Origin: an uncultured virus (IMG/VR IMGVR_UViG_3300031963_000084)
Taxonomy: Duplodnaviria; Heunggongvirae; Uroviricota; Caudoviricetes
IMG/VR virus record: IMGVR_UViG_3300031963_000084
Direction: 5' to 3' (one strand)
Length of the DNA: 20,000 nucleotides
The first letter of the stretch is position 1. Each line of letters starts with the position of its first letter. The position numbers and the translations under genes are program-made. The notes under the pieces are model-generated. The model saw only the letters and a program-made list of their open reading frames with translations, did no database searches and was not told the DNA's origin. Below are positions 9,834 to 17,632 of this stretch, piece after piece.

Positions 9834-10092
9834 CGGTTTGAATTCTTTTATTTGTTAATTTGATAATTTCTAGTAAATCTGTAAATAACACACCTACTTC
9901 ATCATCTTTTTCAAATATACCCTTATCATCAATGGATTTCAACTTATTATATGTATTTTTAATTAAAAATCTAAACTCTACCAACCAGTCTTCTAATATA
10001 TCAATTTGATTAAACGATTTCTTTAAAGAGACAACTAAAAAAATATTTGTTATTATAGATAATAATAACAAGAATAATAAAAAAATTATCAT
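9775..10092 (-). CDS. Small membrane-anchored hypothetical protein
   Basis: 105 aa; hydrophobic N-terminus MIIFLLFLLLLSIITNIFLVVSL. Confidence 0.75.
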   Translation of the reverse strand: MIIFLLFLLLLSIITNIFLVVSLKKSFNQIDILEDWLVEFRFLIKNTYNKLKSIDDKGIFEKDDEVGVLFTDLLEIIKLTNKRIQTDDDNSFDINEKNKTQVFKT

Positions 10093-10241
10093 TAGTTTGA
10101 GTCGTCAGTTGTTTCTTCACAATCGTCTATATCTATATATTCAGTTACATAGTCTATAGATTCTTGTATCAAATCCCAATCCGAATTTTTAAATCCGCGT
10201 TTTAAAATTTTATATAATTCCAGTATCTCTGTGTCGTCCAT
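10092..10241 (-). CDS. Small acidic hypothetical protein (49 aa), absent from the ORF track
   Basis: MDDTEILELYKILKRGFKNSDWDLIQESIDYVTEYIDIDDCEETTDDSN*; TAATG overlap with the next gene; TACTTATA 5 nt upstream. Confidence 0.7.
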   Translation of the reverse strand: MDDTEILELYKILKRGFKNSDWDLIQESIDYVTEYIDIDDCEETTDDSN

Positions 10242-10246
10242 ATACG

Positions 10247-10254
10247 TATAAGTA
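10247..10254 (-). promoter_or_regulatory. TACTTATA variant of the candidate late promoter
   Basis: 5 nt before ATG 10241. Confidence 0.5.
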
Positions 10255-10289
10255 CGTATAAAACGAAAAAATATTAAATTTATTTTAAT

Positions 10290-11252
10290 TTAAAAACTAA
10301 ACATACCTCTTATACCCTTTGATTTTTTTGAAGGTTTTTCTACCACCTTTTCAACAATCTTTTCCACTTCAACTGGTTTTTCTACAGTAATAATTTTTTC
10401 CACTTCAACCGGTTTTTCTACCGTAACAATCTTTTCATGAATATTATCTGTCTTATTCTCAGATTCTTCATTTACATATTTTTTATTTGATGATATATTA
10501 TACGCAATCAATAAAATCACAGCAAGTGGATCAAATACGGTTATAAGAACAATTATAAACCATTTTACAACATTTTGAATGGTTGTATTGAATTGTTCAG
10601 CAACAAATTTAAACGTAGTTATGTCTTTCTTTTGACTATTTTCAACTTTCAATTTAAAAATATCATCGTCTATCCGTGTACGTTTATCGTCATAACTTTT
10701 TAATTTGTTGTTTTCGTCTTCTAATTGTTTATTTAAATCTAATATTTGTTCATTTATTTGATTTTGTATATTTTGTAATTGAATAGGATTACGAGAGATT
10801 AAAACATTTGTTAAAATCTCATTTAAACGTGATTCTTGTGAACTTCTTAAAATATATATTTTTTCTATAGATTTTTTTGTTGAATCAATTTTAAGCACTT
10901 CTTCGTTTTTTTGTATCTGTAATGTTGAAATTTTGTTAATAGACAATTCGTTTTCCAAAGAAGATTTTTGAAATGCAGCAGTTAAAAATCCATAAATACC
11001 GAGTGATGTAATCATCATTAAAGCAAATATAGCTGTTATCATATAAGTTTTTATAAAAAAATTTGCTTTTGACCAATATCTAAATAACCACGATGTTGTT
11101 ACTAATTTGCCTAATTCCAAAGATGATGCCATTATCATAGCAGCAATTGTAGCTCCCGAAAATAACAATCCGATGCCATACACACTAAAATACGCTGCAC
11201 ATCCGGCGATTAAAAGTGAAGTGCCTATTACTAAATGATTAAATTTGATCAT
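10290..11252 (-). CDS. Multi-pass membrane protein with long coiled coil and C-terminal EKPVEV repeats
   Basis: About three N-terminal hydrophobic helices, a Q/E/K/L-rich coiled coil, one more TM segment (WFIIVLITVFDPLAVILLIAY), then a repeat tail. Confidence 0.8.
   Translation of the reverse strand: MIKFNHLVIGTSLLIAGCAAYFSVYGIGLLFSGATIAAMIMASSLELGKLVTTSWLFRYWSKANFFIKTYMITAIFALMMITSLGIYGFLTAAFQKSSLENELSINKISTLQIQKNEEVLKIDSTKKSIEKIYILRSSQESRLNEILTNVLISRNPIQLQNIQNQINEQILDLNKQLEDENNKLKSYDDKRTRIDDDIFKLKVENSQKKDITTFKFVAEQFNTTIQNVVKWFIIVLITVFDPLAVILLIAYNISSNKKYVNEESENKTDNIHEKIVTVEKPVEVEKIITVEKPVEVEKIVEKVVEKPSKKSKGIRGMFSF
10333..10437 (-). repeat. Coding tandem repeat, 36-nt unit (EKI[VI]TVEKPVEV)
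   Basis: Two near-identical 36-nt units (about 10360-10395 and 10396-10431) plus degenerate flanks. Confidence 0.8.
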
Positions 11253-11255
11253 ATC

Positions 11256-11263
11256 TATAAATA
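11256..11263 (-). promoter_or_regulatory. TATTTATA motif, candidate late promoter
   Basis: 3 nt before ATG 11252, just past the hsp20 terminator. Confidence 0.6.
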
Positions 11264-11268
11264 TATAT

Positions 11269-11304
11269 AAAATAAAAACCCACGTTAAATTAATAACGTG
11301 GGTT
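11269..11304 (-). terminator. Intrinsic terminator after hsp20
   Basis: 11-bp stem AACCCACGTTA/TAACGTGGGTT followed by TTTATTTT on the minus strand. Confidence 0.85.
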
Positions 11305-11323
11305 ATATAACCACGATTGAATA

Positions 11324-11809
11324 TTAATCAATCTTTACTTTCTTAGTAGTGGGAATCGTTGGTTTTAACTTATTAAGTGTAACAGTTAAAAGTCCATTTT
11401 CAAATTTAGCAATCGGTTGATCTTTATCAATTATATCACCCAATGTAAAACTGCGTTTAAAACTGCTATGTTTAAGTTCTCTACGAATATATCTACGATC
11501 TTGTAGATCTGCATCATTTAACTTACGAACTTTCTGACCACTAATTGTAAGCACGTTTTCTTGTACTTCAACGGTAACTTCATCTTTACTTAAACCCGGA
11601 ATTTCTGCTAGAATTTCAACTCTATCACTATAATCAACCACATCTACACGTGGATAACTTTGTTTTTCAAAAAATCCAACACCTAGTTCTTTTGTTAATT
11701 CTGGAAAGTGATTTGCGAATACTTCATCAAATACACGATCAAACGGAGTTAGAAATTCATCACGATCTACGTGACGCAATGCAAACGGACTATATTTAAT
11801 TACTGACAT
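11324..11809 (-). CDS. hsp20: Small heat shock protein (Hsp20/alpha-crystallin family)
   Basis: YPRVDVVD...AEIPGLSKDEVTVEVQENVLTISG...RRE...SFKRSFTLG...AKFENGLLTVTL; SD-like GAAAGGT upstream. Confidence 0.95.
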   Translation of the reverse strand: MSVIKYSPFALRHVDRDEFLTPFDRVFDEVFANHFPELTKELGVGFFEKQSYPRVDVVDYSDRVEILAEIPGLSKDEVTVEVQENVLTISGQKVRKLNDADLQDRRYIRRELKHSSFKRSFTLGDIIDKDQPIAKFENGLLTVTLNKLKPTIPTTKKVKID

Positions 11810-11824
11810 ATATTTACCTTTCTT

Positions 11825-11904
11825 TTAATAATTCTATTGAACTTATTAACCTAATAGCCTCACTCGAGCACTATAGTAGATAGTGTCTATAAGATCACCA
11901 TCTA
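11825..11904 (-). promoter_or_regulatory. Structured hsp20 5' leader with three consecutive hairpins
   Basis: Hairpins at 11877-11904, 11851-11876 and 11825-11849, paired by eye; they fill the space between the -10 box and the SD. Confidence 0.65.
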
Positions 11905-11910
11905 ACAATA

Positions 11911-11939
11911 TATATAACACAGTTGAAGAAAAATGTCAA
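11911..11939 (-). promoter_or_regulatory. Sigma70-type promoter for hsp20
   Basis: TTGACA-N17-TATATA with TG one base before the -10 (extended -10). Confidence 0.8.
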
Positions 11940-11943
11940 TGTT

Positions 11944-13110
11944 TTAATAGTAACCAACTGAATATCCTTGGCAACTATACGATCCCGCCGCCCATAAAAG
12001 TAGTATAATTTGTCCTCCCGTATATGATGTAGGAGGAGCACCTTCAATTGTAAAATGAGTTCTTATAGTTCCGCCGTCCGGATTGTATGAATATCCGTTT
12101 TGCCATCCCCAACTTGAATATATGTTTGACGTAAGTAAAGTTCCATCTCCAACTTCGCCATATAATTTGAAAGTTACGCCATTAAGTATTACATAATCAT
12201 TTTCACCTACATTAAAACTACCTTCTATTTTGAACCATTTTATTTTTTTGCCAGCTTCACCGAAAGCTCCAAAAACGTTTGATGTACCCGACTTGACAGG
12301 TATATTAGCTCCGGTTTTTTGATTATAAGATGCGTTTGCAAATATATCGCCAGCAACACTAACTCCGGCTAAATAACTCGCCGTAAGTGCATAACTAGCA
12401 CTTACAGCGTAACTCGATGTACCATTAAATGATACTTTTTTGCCTGTGCCCTTAAAATTAGTAATATTATCAATGCCTCTAAAAGATCCTGTGATTAACG
12501 ATCCGTTTGATCCAATTACTTTTCCATAGTGACTGCCACTAAAACTGCCGCTGGCTTTTGTATTTTTGCTCAGTAAACTTCCATAATGACTGCCACTAAA
12601 ACTGCCACTTGCCTTTGTGTTTTTACTCAATAAACTTCCATAAAAACTACCACTAAAACTACCACTAGCTTTTGTGGTTTTGCTAAGTAAACTGCCATAA
12701 AAACTACCACTAAAACTACCACTTATATTACTTTTATTACCATAAAAACTACCAGTAGCTTTTGTATTTTTACTCAATATACTACCACTAAAACTACCAC
12801 TTGTTTTTCCGTTAAAACTACCAGTAGCTTTGGTATTTTTACTAATTACACTTCCCCAGTAACTTCCGCTAAAACTACCACTTGATTTACCTTTAAAGCT
12901 ACCACTAAAACTACCACTAAAACTACCTGTATATGAACCAGTTACATTTCCCAATGCGTCTACTAAATCTCCAAAAGTACTTTTTCTGGAATATAAACCA
13001 GATCCCGATTCTATCGTAAGCAAAAAATCATCAACGTCTATATTTTTATATCTAACAAGTTGACTAACTTTGATAGGAATTACATTTAAATTGTTACATG
13101 GACTTGGCAT
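11944..13110 (-). CDS. Fibre/adhesin-like protein with GSFS-repeat stalk (paralog A)
   Basis: 388 aa: short N-terminal anchor-like region, GSFSGS/SKNTKAxGSF repeats, conserved junction RGIDNITNFKGTGK, unique beta-rich C-terminus. Confidence 0.65.
   Translation of the reverse strand: MPSPCNNLNVIPIKVSQLVRYKNIDVDDFLLTIESGSGLYSRKSTFGDLVDALGNVTGSYTGSFSGSFSGSFKGKSSGSFSGSYWGSVISKNTKATGSFNGKTSGSFSGSILSKNTKATGSFYGNKSNISGSFSGSFYGSLLSKTTKASGSFSGSFYGSLLSKNTKASGSFSGSHYGSLLSKNTKASGSFSGSHYGKVIGSNGSLITGSFRGIDNITNFKGTGKKVSFNGTSSYAVSASYALTASYLAGVSVAGDIFANASYNQKTGANIPVKSGTSNVFGAFGEAGKKIKWFKIEGSFNVGENDYVILNGVTFKLYGEVGDGTLLTSNIYSSWGWQNGYSYNPDGGTIRTHFTIEGAPPTSYTGGQIILLLWAAGSYSCQGYSVGYY
12470..12940 (-). repeat. 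Coding repeats GSFSGS[FYH][YW]GSxxSKNTKA[ST]
   Basis: Visible in the translation and as recurring ctaccactaaaacta on the plus strand; boundaries approximate. Confidence 0.85.
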
Positions 13111-13114
13111 ATAT

Positions 13115-13122
13115 AATAAATA
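13115..13122 (-). promoter_or_regulatory. TATTTATT variant of the candidate late promoter
   Basis: 4 nt before ATG 13110. Confidence 0.5.
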
Positions 13123-13128
13123 TTAACA

Positions 13129-14184
13129 TTAATATCCGAAGAAAACAAGATTTGCGCCTTCATTTGCTGCAAGATCTACTTCGGTTCTATAAACAGAAAC
13201 TCTAACTTGTGAAGTAGTTTTAGTTGGAACGTATACATTATAACCTGCTGTATGAAACTGGTTGGTTGCGGTAACCATTACGTAATTAGAATTAGAAAAT
13301 GGAGTCGGAGACGAAAAATTAACAGTATAATCACCTGTGTCATTTTTTGTTACCGATGAAACATTATATGCGGATATAATTGCTCCTGTGTTACTAAAGT
13401 TTACCCATGCTTTTGTAATAGCAGGATTATATTGTGGATTTACATAACTACTTGTTATGGCATAATCACTTTTAACGGCATGACTACCGCTTACAGCGTA
13501 ACTTGAAGTACCATTATAAGATACGTTTTTACCAGTACCTTTAAAATTAGTAATATTATCTATACCTCTAAAGCTGCCTGTTAATAAAGAATTTTTACTT
13601 GTTATTTTACCCAAATAACTTCCACTAAAACTGCCACTCAATTTATTGTTTGTTCCATAAAAACTACCTGTAGCTTTTGTGTTTTTGCTAGTTACACTAC
13701 CAAAATAACTACCACTAAAACTACCGCTTAGTTTGTTGTTTGTGCCATAAAAACTACCTGTAGCTTTTGTGTTTTTGCTAGTTACACTACCAAAATAACT
13801 ACCACTAAAACTACCACTTGATTTACCTTTAAAGCTACCACTAAAACTACCTGTAGCTTTTGTGTTTTTGCTAGTTACACTACCAAAATAACTACCACTA
13901 AAACTACCACTCAGTTTGTTGTTTGTGCCATAAAAACTACCTGTAGCTTTGGTATTTTTGCTAACTATTCTACCCCAGTAACTACCACTAAAACTACCAC
14001 TAAAAATTCCTCCGTTGGTGAAATAATCTTTCAAATTAGATAAACTACTTTTTTTGGAAAAATAATTTCCACCACTATATTGTGAAATTTGTATTACATC
14101 GTTATTTGATAATGTGGATGCATTTGCCAACTGACTTGTTCTCAGAGTTTTTACATTTAAACTGTTACACGAACTTATTGCCAT
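13129..14184 (-). CDS. Fibre/adhesin-like protein with GSFS-repeat stalk (paralog B)
   Basis: 351 aa with the same stalk and junction as paralog A; C-terminal KAWVNF...AYNVSSVTKNDTGDYTVNF...NSNYV resembles a module common at phage fibre C-termini. Confidence 0.7.
   Translation of the reverse strand: MAISSCNSLNVKTLRTSQLANASTLSNNDVIQISQYSGGNYFSKKSSLSNLKDYFTNGGIFSGSFSGSYWGRIVSKNTKATGSFYGTNNKLSGSFSGSYFGSVTSKNTKATGSFSGSFKGKSSGSFSGSYFGSVTSKNTKATGSFYGTNNKLSGSFSGSYFGSVTSKNTKATGSFYGTNNKLSGSFSGSYLGKITSKNSLLTGSFRGIDNITNFKGTGKNVSYNGTSSYAVSGSHAVKSDYAITSSYVNPQYNPAITKAWVNFSNTGAIISAYNVSSVTKNDTGDYTVNFSSPTPFSNSNYVMVTATNQFHTAGYNVYVPTKTTSQVRVSVYRTEVDLAANEGANLVFFGY
13570..14010 (-). repeat. Coding tandem repeats, about 90-nt period, with an exact 66-nt core
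   Basis: Identical 66-mers at 13660-13725, 13750-13815 and 13843-13908. Confidence 0.9.
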
Positions 14185-14188
14185 ATAA

Positions 14189-14196
14189 TATAAGTA
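14189..14196 (-). promoter_or_regulatory. TACTTATA variant of the candidate late promoter
   Basis: 4 nt before ATG 14184. Confidence 0.5.
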
Positions 14197-14217
14197 TATA
14201 TTTTTGAAATTTTAAAG

Positions 14218-14544
14218 TTAACAATTTACACCGGAATTTGTTGGTGTGCCCGGACTACTACCAGGAACTCCTTCTCCGACTACAATCGTAAAACCAGTCG
14301 AGTCAAATGGTAAACAGCATGTAATAAGTGCCGAACTCCCTAATGGCGGCAAGCTATATCCTACGTTATTAAACTCGGCTCTTAAAGTTCCTGGACCAGA
14401 ACTAGCCGAAGTATAATCATAATAAGCTTCTACAGCGCCGTTCGCAATTACAGGTCCATTTACAGTAGTATATGTTTGAAAAATTTTATAATTTACACCA
14501 GGTATATCATCAACATTTTTCCAAAATGAAGTTGGGAAATTCAT
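14218..14544 (-). CDS. Small hypothetical protein, possibly fibre-associated
   Basis: 108 aa; starts 3 nt after the stop of the 473-aa fibre-like gene. Confidence 0.65.
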   Translation of the reverse strand: MNFPTSFWKNVDDIPGVNYKIFQTYTTVNGPVIANGAVEAYYDYTSASSGPGTLRAEFNNVGYSLPPLGSSALITCCLPFDSTGFTIVVGEGVPGSSPGTPTNSGVNC

Positions 14545-14547
14545 AAA

Positions 14548-15969
14548 TTATTGGAAATTATTTATTGCACTACCAAATATTTTATCGTCAATATTTGTGA
14601 AAGTTATAATATCTTTACTTCCTGTTGCCATAGTGATAGACGCGCTTAGTCCATTTTTCCAATAAACCTTTGTAGTTGCGGTAGAACCTCCGTCTAAACT
14701 TCCGGACCACTTTAAGACTTTAAATTTGCCGCTATTATGTACAAACACAGTGGTTGTTTGTCCTTTCAACAAAGACATGGTACAATAAGCACTGGCACTT
14801 AGTTTTAATTTAACAGACGAGTATCTATCACCTCTTATTTTTTTATATTGACTACCACCAGTAACATTTACGGAGTCTGAGTAACCTACAAAAGAACCGG
14901 TAATGCCGCCTTGTAATTCGCTAACAGTTATTGTTTGACTCGTCAGTCTGCCACCTACACTCACAGGTACAGAAAAATTCCACGTGCCTCCATAATAACT
15001 AAAATTATTTAAATTTTTTAATGTTCTAGCACCATCCCACACAGCCACGTAATCTACTACTCCCACGGTACTTGCTGTAATTGGATTTGTCCATGTAACT
15101 TGATAATCCGAATTTGATGTTTTGGCTAATACTTGATATGTACTTCCGCCTGCGGGCAATCCGTTACCTACTCCTGCAGCTGCATATGCCGCTGTGAGTG
15201 CTTGTGTAGCATAAGACGATGTACCGTAGAAAAATGCTGAGGAGACACCGCCATTTATAGTTGGTGTCGTATTGCCACTTTCCAATACTTTTGTTGATGT
15301 TGAATTATAAACATCTCCTGTTAAATTACCTACAAATCCAGTATTTGCCGTTATTGTTGTTCCTGTAACAGCTGCTGCGGATGAAGCTCCTATTACTGTG
15401 CCGTCTATAACACCACCATTGACATCTATACTGCTAAAAGTACTTGTGCCTGTAGAAGTTATATTACCTGCAAATCCTGTACTTGCAGTAATTGTTGTAC
15501 CAACTATAGTATTTGGAGTCGTACCGCCAATTGGAGAATCATCAATTTCAACACTAACCATCTTACCGTCTGTTATGTTTGCTTTGATAAGCTTAGCATC
15601 TGAAGCAGTTAATTCTTGTTGTATATAAACATCCATGAATTTACTCAAGGTTGTATCATATACACTTCCCGTTAAATTTCCTGTAATTTTACCATCAACT
15701 GTTAAATTATCTCTAACTCTAACGGTATAAAAATTAGAAGATTTACCTGTTGGATTGTAAAAACTTCCGGTGAATTGGTTATTTGTGTTAGATAAATTAA
15801 CTAATCCTGTATACGAACTTAAACTAGAAAATAAACTAGAGGATATATTTGTATATTGTATTCGACGAGTAACTCCATTTGATTGAATTAATAGTTCATC
15901 GGTACCGGTAATACTCGGTGCAATAGGTAAACTTGAAATTAATCTTCCGTTATTAGATAATACTGCCAT
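14548..15969 (-). CDS. Tail fibre-like protein
   Basis: G/T/S-rich; internal repeats IGGTTPNTIVGTTITASTGFAGN / IGASSAAAVTGTTITANTGFVGN; GLPAGGSTYQVLAKTSNSDY...W motif; C-terminal VYWKNG...DIITFT...IFG...NF module typical of phage fibres. Confidence 0.7.
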   Translation of the reverse strand: MAVLSNNGRLISSLPIAPSITGTDELLIQSNGVTRRIQYTNISSSLFSSLSSYTGLVNLSNTNNQFTGSFYNPTGKSSNFYTVRVRDNLTVDGKITGNLTGSVYDTTLSKFMDVYIQQELTASDAKLIKANITDGKMVSVEIDDSPIGGTTPNTIVGTTITASTGFAGNITSTGTSTFSSIDVNGGVIDGTVIGASSAAAVTGTTITANTGFVGNLTGDVYNSTSTKVLESGNTTPTINGGVSSAFFYGTSSYATQALTAAYAAAGVGNGLPAGGSTYQVLAKTSNSDYQVTWTNPITASTVGVVDYVAVWDGARTLKNLNNFSYYGGTWNFSVPVSVGGRLTSQTITVSELQGGITGSFVGYSDSVNVTGGSQYKKIRGDRYSSVKLKLSASAYCTMSLLKGQTTTVFVHNSGKFKVLKWSGSLDGGSTATTKVYWKNGLSASITMATGSKDIITFTNIDDKIFGSAINNFQ

Positions 15970-15976
15970 AATAATA

Positions 15977-15984
15977 TATAAATA
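15977..15984 (-). promoter_or_regulatory. TATTTATA motif, candidate late promoter
   Basis: 7 nt before ATG 15969. Confidence 0.6.
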
Positions 15985-15987
15985 TAA

Positions 15988-16704
15988 TTATGACAAAGTT
16001 TTAAGTTTTTTTAATATAAATTTAACTAATCCACTTCTTACGATGTCTTCTTCATCAAATCTAAAAACAAAAACGCCGTTATTTTTACTTTCAACGTCGT
16101 CAAATAAATTAATGATTGGTACAAATCCGCTTTTACCATTAATATCACTTTGATCTGGGTCGCCACATATAAACAATTTACTAAATTCGCCAACTCTAGT
16201 TAATAATGTAACGAGTTCTTTTTTAGTCATGTTTTGTGCTTCATCCGCAACAATACATTTAGCGTTCCAACTCAAACCACGTAGAAAGTTTATAGGAAAC
16301 CCATGAATACGTTCTTCTTTTTTAAGTTTATCAATATCATGTTTTGATAACAACTCCTCTAATTTATCAATTAATGGTTGAATGTATGGACTCATTTTTT
16401 CATCCATTTCTCCGGGTAAAAATCCTAATTTACTATCACTGCTTTCAACGATACTACGTACATAAACAATCTCACTTACTCGTTTTTGATTTATTAAATA
16501 CAGTCCTGCCAATATACTTGTAAATGTTTTGGATGTACCTGCCGGACCAGATATGAATACACATTTTGTATTTTTATCTTGTAATATTTGTAATAAATTT
16601 TTTTGCTTTTCTGTTAATTCTCTATCATCTATTATAATAGCATCTTTAATTTTTGGGTTTTGATGAATTTTTGGACTTGTATCGTTTAAGTTTTTTTTGC
16701 TCAT
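15988..16704 (-). CDS. phoH: PhoH-like ATPase
   Basis: GPAGTSKT, LGFLPG, FLRG, DEAQN, LTRVGE, GDPDQSD, DIVRSGLV motifs. Confidence 0.95.
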   Translation of the reverse strand: MSKKNLNDTSPKIHQNPKIKDAIIIDDRELTEKQKNLLQILQDKNTKCVFISGPAGTSKTFTSILAGLYLINQKRVSEIVYVRSIVESSDSKLGFLPGEMDEKMSPYIQPLIDKLEELLSKHDIDKLKKEERIHGFPINFLRGLSWNAKCIVADEAQNMTKKELVTLLTRVGEFSKLFICGDPDQSDINGKSGFVPIINLFDDVESKNNGVFVFRFDEEDIVRSGLVKFILKKLKTLS

Positions 16705-16999
16705 GTTCTTCGATTTGTTTTTTTAATCTCACTAACCGATCACAAAACTCATATTTTTCAGTTTTTATATAAAAATTAAAAATATTATTGATATTTTCTT
16801 TAAATGACGATTTTTCTAACATCACAATAAAATCTGTATCTTTAAATTTGAAGACTTCAATAGACGAATAATTATTATCAAGCGCGTACTGTACGGATGA
16901 AACAATTTGTTCTGTTAATTTAACTTTGTTATTCTTTATAAAGAGTTCCATCTCATCATAAACAGATGGCAAAGTCAGTGATTTAAATGATTCTGTCAT
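16646..16999 (-). CDS. Hypothetical protein (possible UVR-like helical hairpin at the C-terminus)
   Basis: 117 aa; FYIKTEKYEFCDRLVRL resembles the ExYExAA motif of UVR domains. Confidence 0.7.
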   Translation of the reverse strand: MTESFKSLTLPSVYDEMELFIKNNKVKLTEQIVSSVQYALDNNYSSIEVFKFKDTDFIVMLEKSSFKENINNIFNFYIKTEKYEFCDRLVRLKKQIEEHEQKKLKRYKSKNSSKPKN

Positions 17000-17005
17000 T
17001 CAATT

Positions 17006-17013
17006 AATAAATA
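17006..17013 (-). promoter_or_regulatory. TATTTATT variant of the candidate late promoter
   Basis: 6 nt before ATG 16999, directly after a terminator. Confidence 0.55.
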
Positions 17014-17015
17014 TC

Positions 17016-17052
17016 AAAAAAATAAAAAAGACGTTATGATAATAACGTCTTT
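17016..17052 (-). terminator. Intrinsic terminator
   Basis: Stem AAAGACGTTAT/ATAACGTCTTT followed by a long T tract on the minus strand. Confidence 0.85.
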
Positions 17053-17074
17053 ACTAAAAATGTAAGTATTTAAC

Positions 17075-17287
17075 TTAACGTTTTGATTTTTTCTTTTCCG
17101 ATTTGATCGGTTGTTTAGGTTCTTGTGCAGAATCGTTACTTTCTAACTGCGTTATTCTAATTTTTGCAGTTGAAAGCCAAGCACGTTTAGTAAACGGAGA
17201 CGCAAATTCAAATGTTTTACTTAACTTTAGTAATTCATCAATTTCTTGTCTTGAATTTGAATGTTTAATTTGTTCTCTAACCCCCAT
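17075..17287 (-). CDS. Small basic hypothetical protein
   Basis: 70 aa; SD-like GAAAGGT upstream; followed by a terminator. Confidence 0.75.
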   Translation of the reverse strand: MGVREQIKHSNSRQEIDELLKLSKTFEFASPFTKRAWLSTAKIRITQLESNDSAQEPKQPIKSEKKKSKR

Positions 17288-17289
17288 AA

Positions 17290-17469
17290 TTATTTACCTT
17301 TCACTTCAACTATTTCAAGTTTACTACCATCTGGCCATCTTTTGATAATGCTAGACCAATGATCGTATTCTACTTTAGCTTCATCCTTAGTCAAATAGTC
17401 TAATTCAGACACTCTTAGACCGTTTCTAATAACAGCAAACTTTGTTATTTGTTCTTTTTTTGTTAACAT
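17290..17469 (-). CDS. Small hypothetical protein (59 aa), absent from the ORF track
   Basis: MLTKKEQITKFAVIRNGLRVSELDYLTKDEAKVEYDHWSSIIKRWPDGSKLEIVEVKGK*; lies between a consensus promoter and 17075..17287. Confidence 0.75.
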   Translation of the reverse strand: MLTKKEQITKFAVIRNGLRVSELDYLTKDEAKVEYDHWSSIIKRWPDGSKLEIVEVKGK

Positions 17470-17546
17470 ATATTACAAATATATTTTCGTTTATTACTCG
17501 GTATTTTTTTACAAATTCAAGATTACCGGTCTTGAACTATAACTAA

Positions 17547-17574
17547 ATTATACATAGAATAACTCATATGTCAA
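17547..17574 (-). promoter_or_regulatory. Consensus sigma70 promoter (probably early)
   Basis: TTGACA-N16-TATAAT. Confidence 0.8.
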
Positions 17575-17617
17575 TCTTAATTTTAATTTATAATAACTAA
17601 CTTTTATTGTATACAAC

Positions 17618-17625
17618 TATGTATA
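17618..17625 (+). promoter_or_regulatory. TATGTATA variant of the candidate late promoter
   Basis: 7 nt before ATG 17633, on the plus strand like its gene. Confidence 0.4.
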
Positions 17626-17632
17626 TCTACAT

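Noticed and set aside
11855..11890. CIRCE (HrcA) operator upstream of hsp20
   Set aside because: Only fragments (GCACT, GAGTG) are present; there is no TTAGCACTC-N9-GAGTGCTAA arrangement, and RNA hairpins explain the symmetry better.
13600..14000. Regularly spaced direct repeats resembling a CRISPR array
   Set aside because: The units are in-frame coding repeats, the intervening sequences are themselves repeated rather than unique spacers, and no cas genes are present.
11944..15969. Diversity-generating retroelement or invertase shufflon acting on the fibre tips
   Set aside because: No reverse transcriptase or recombinase in the window, no TR/VR pair with adenine-specific differences, and no inverted cassettes.
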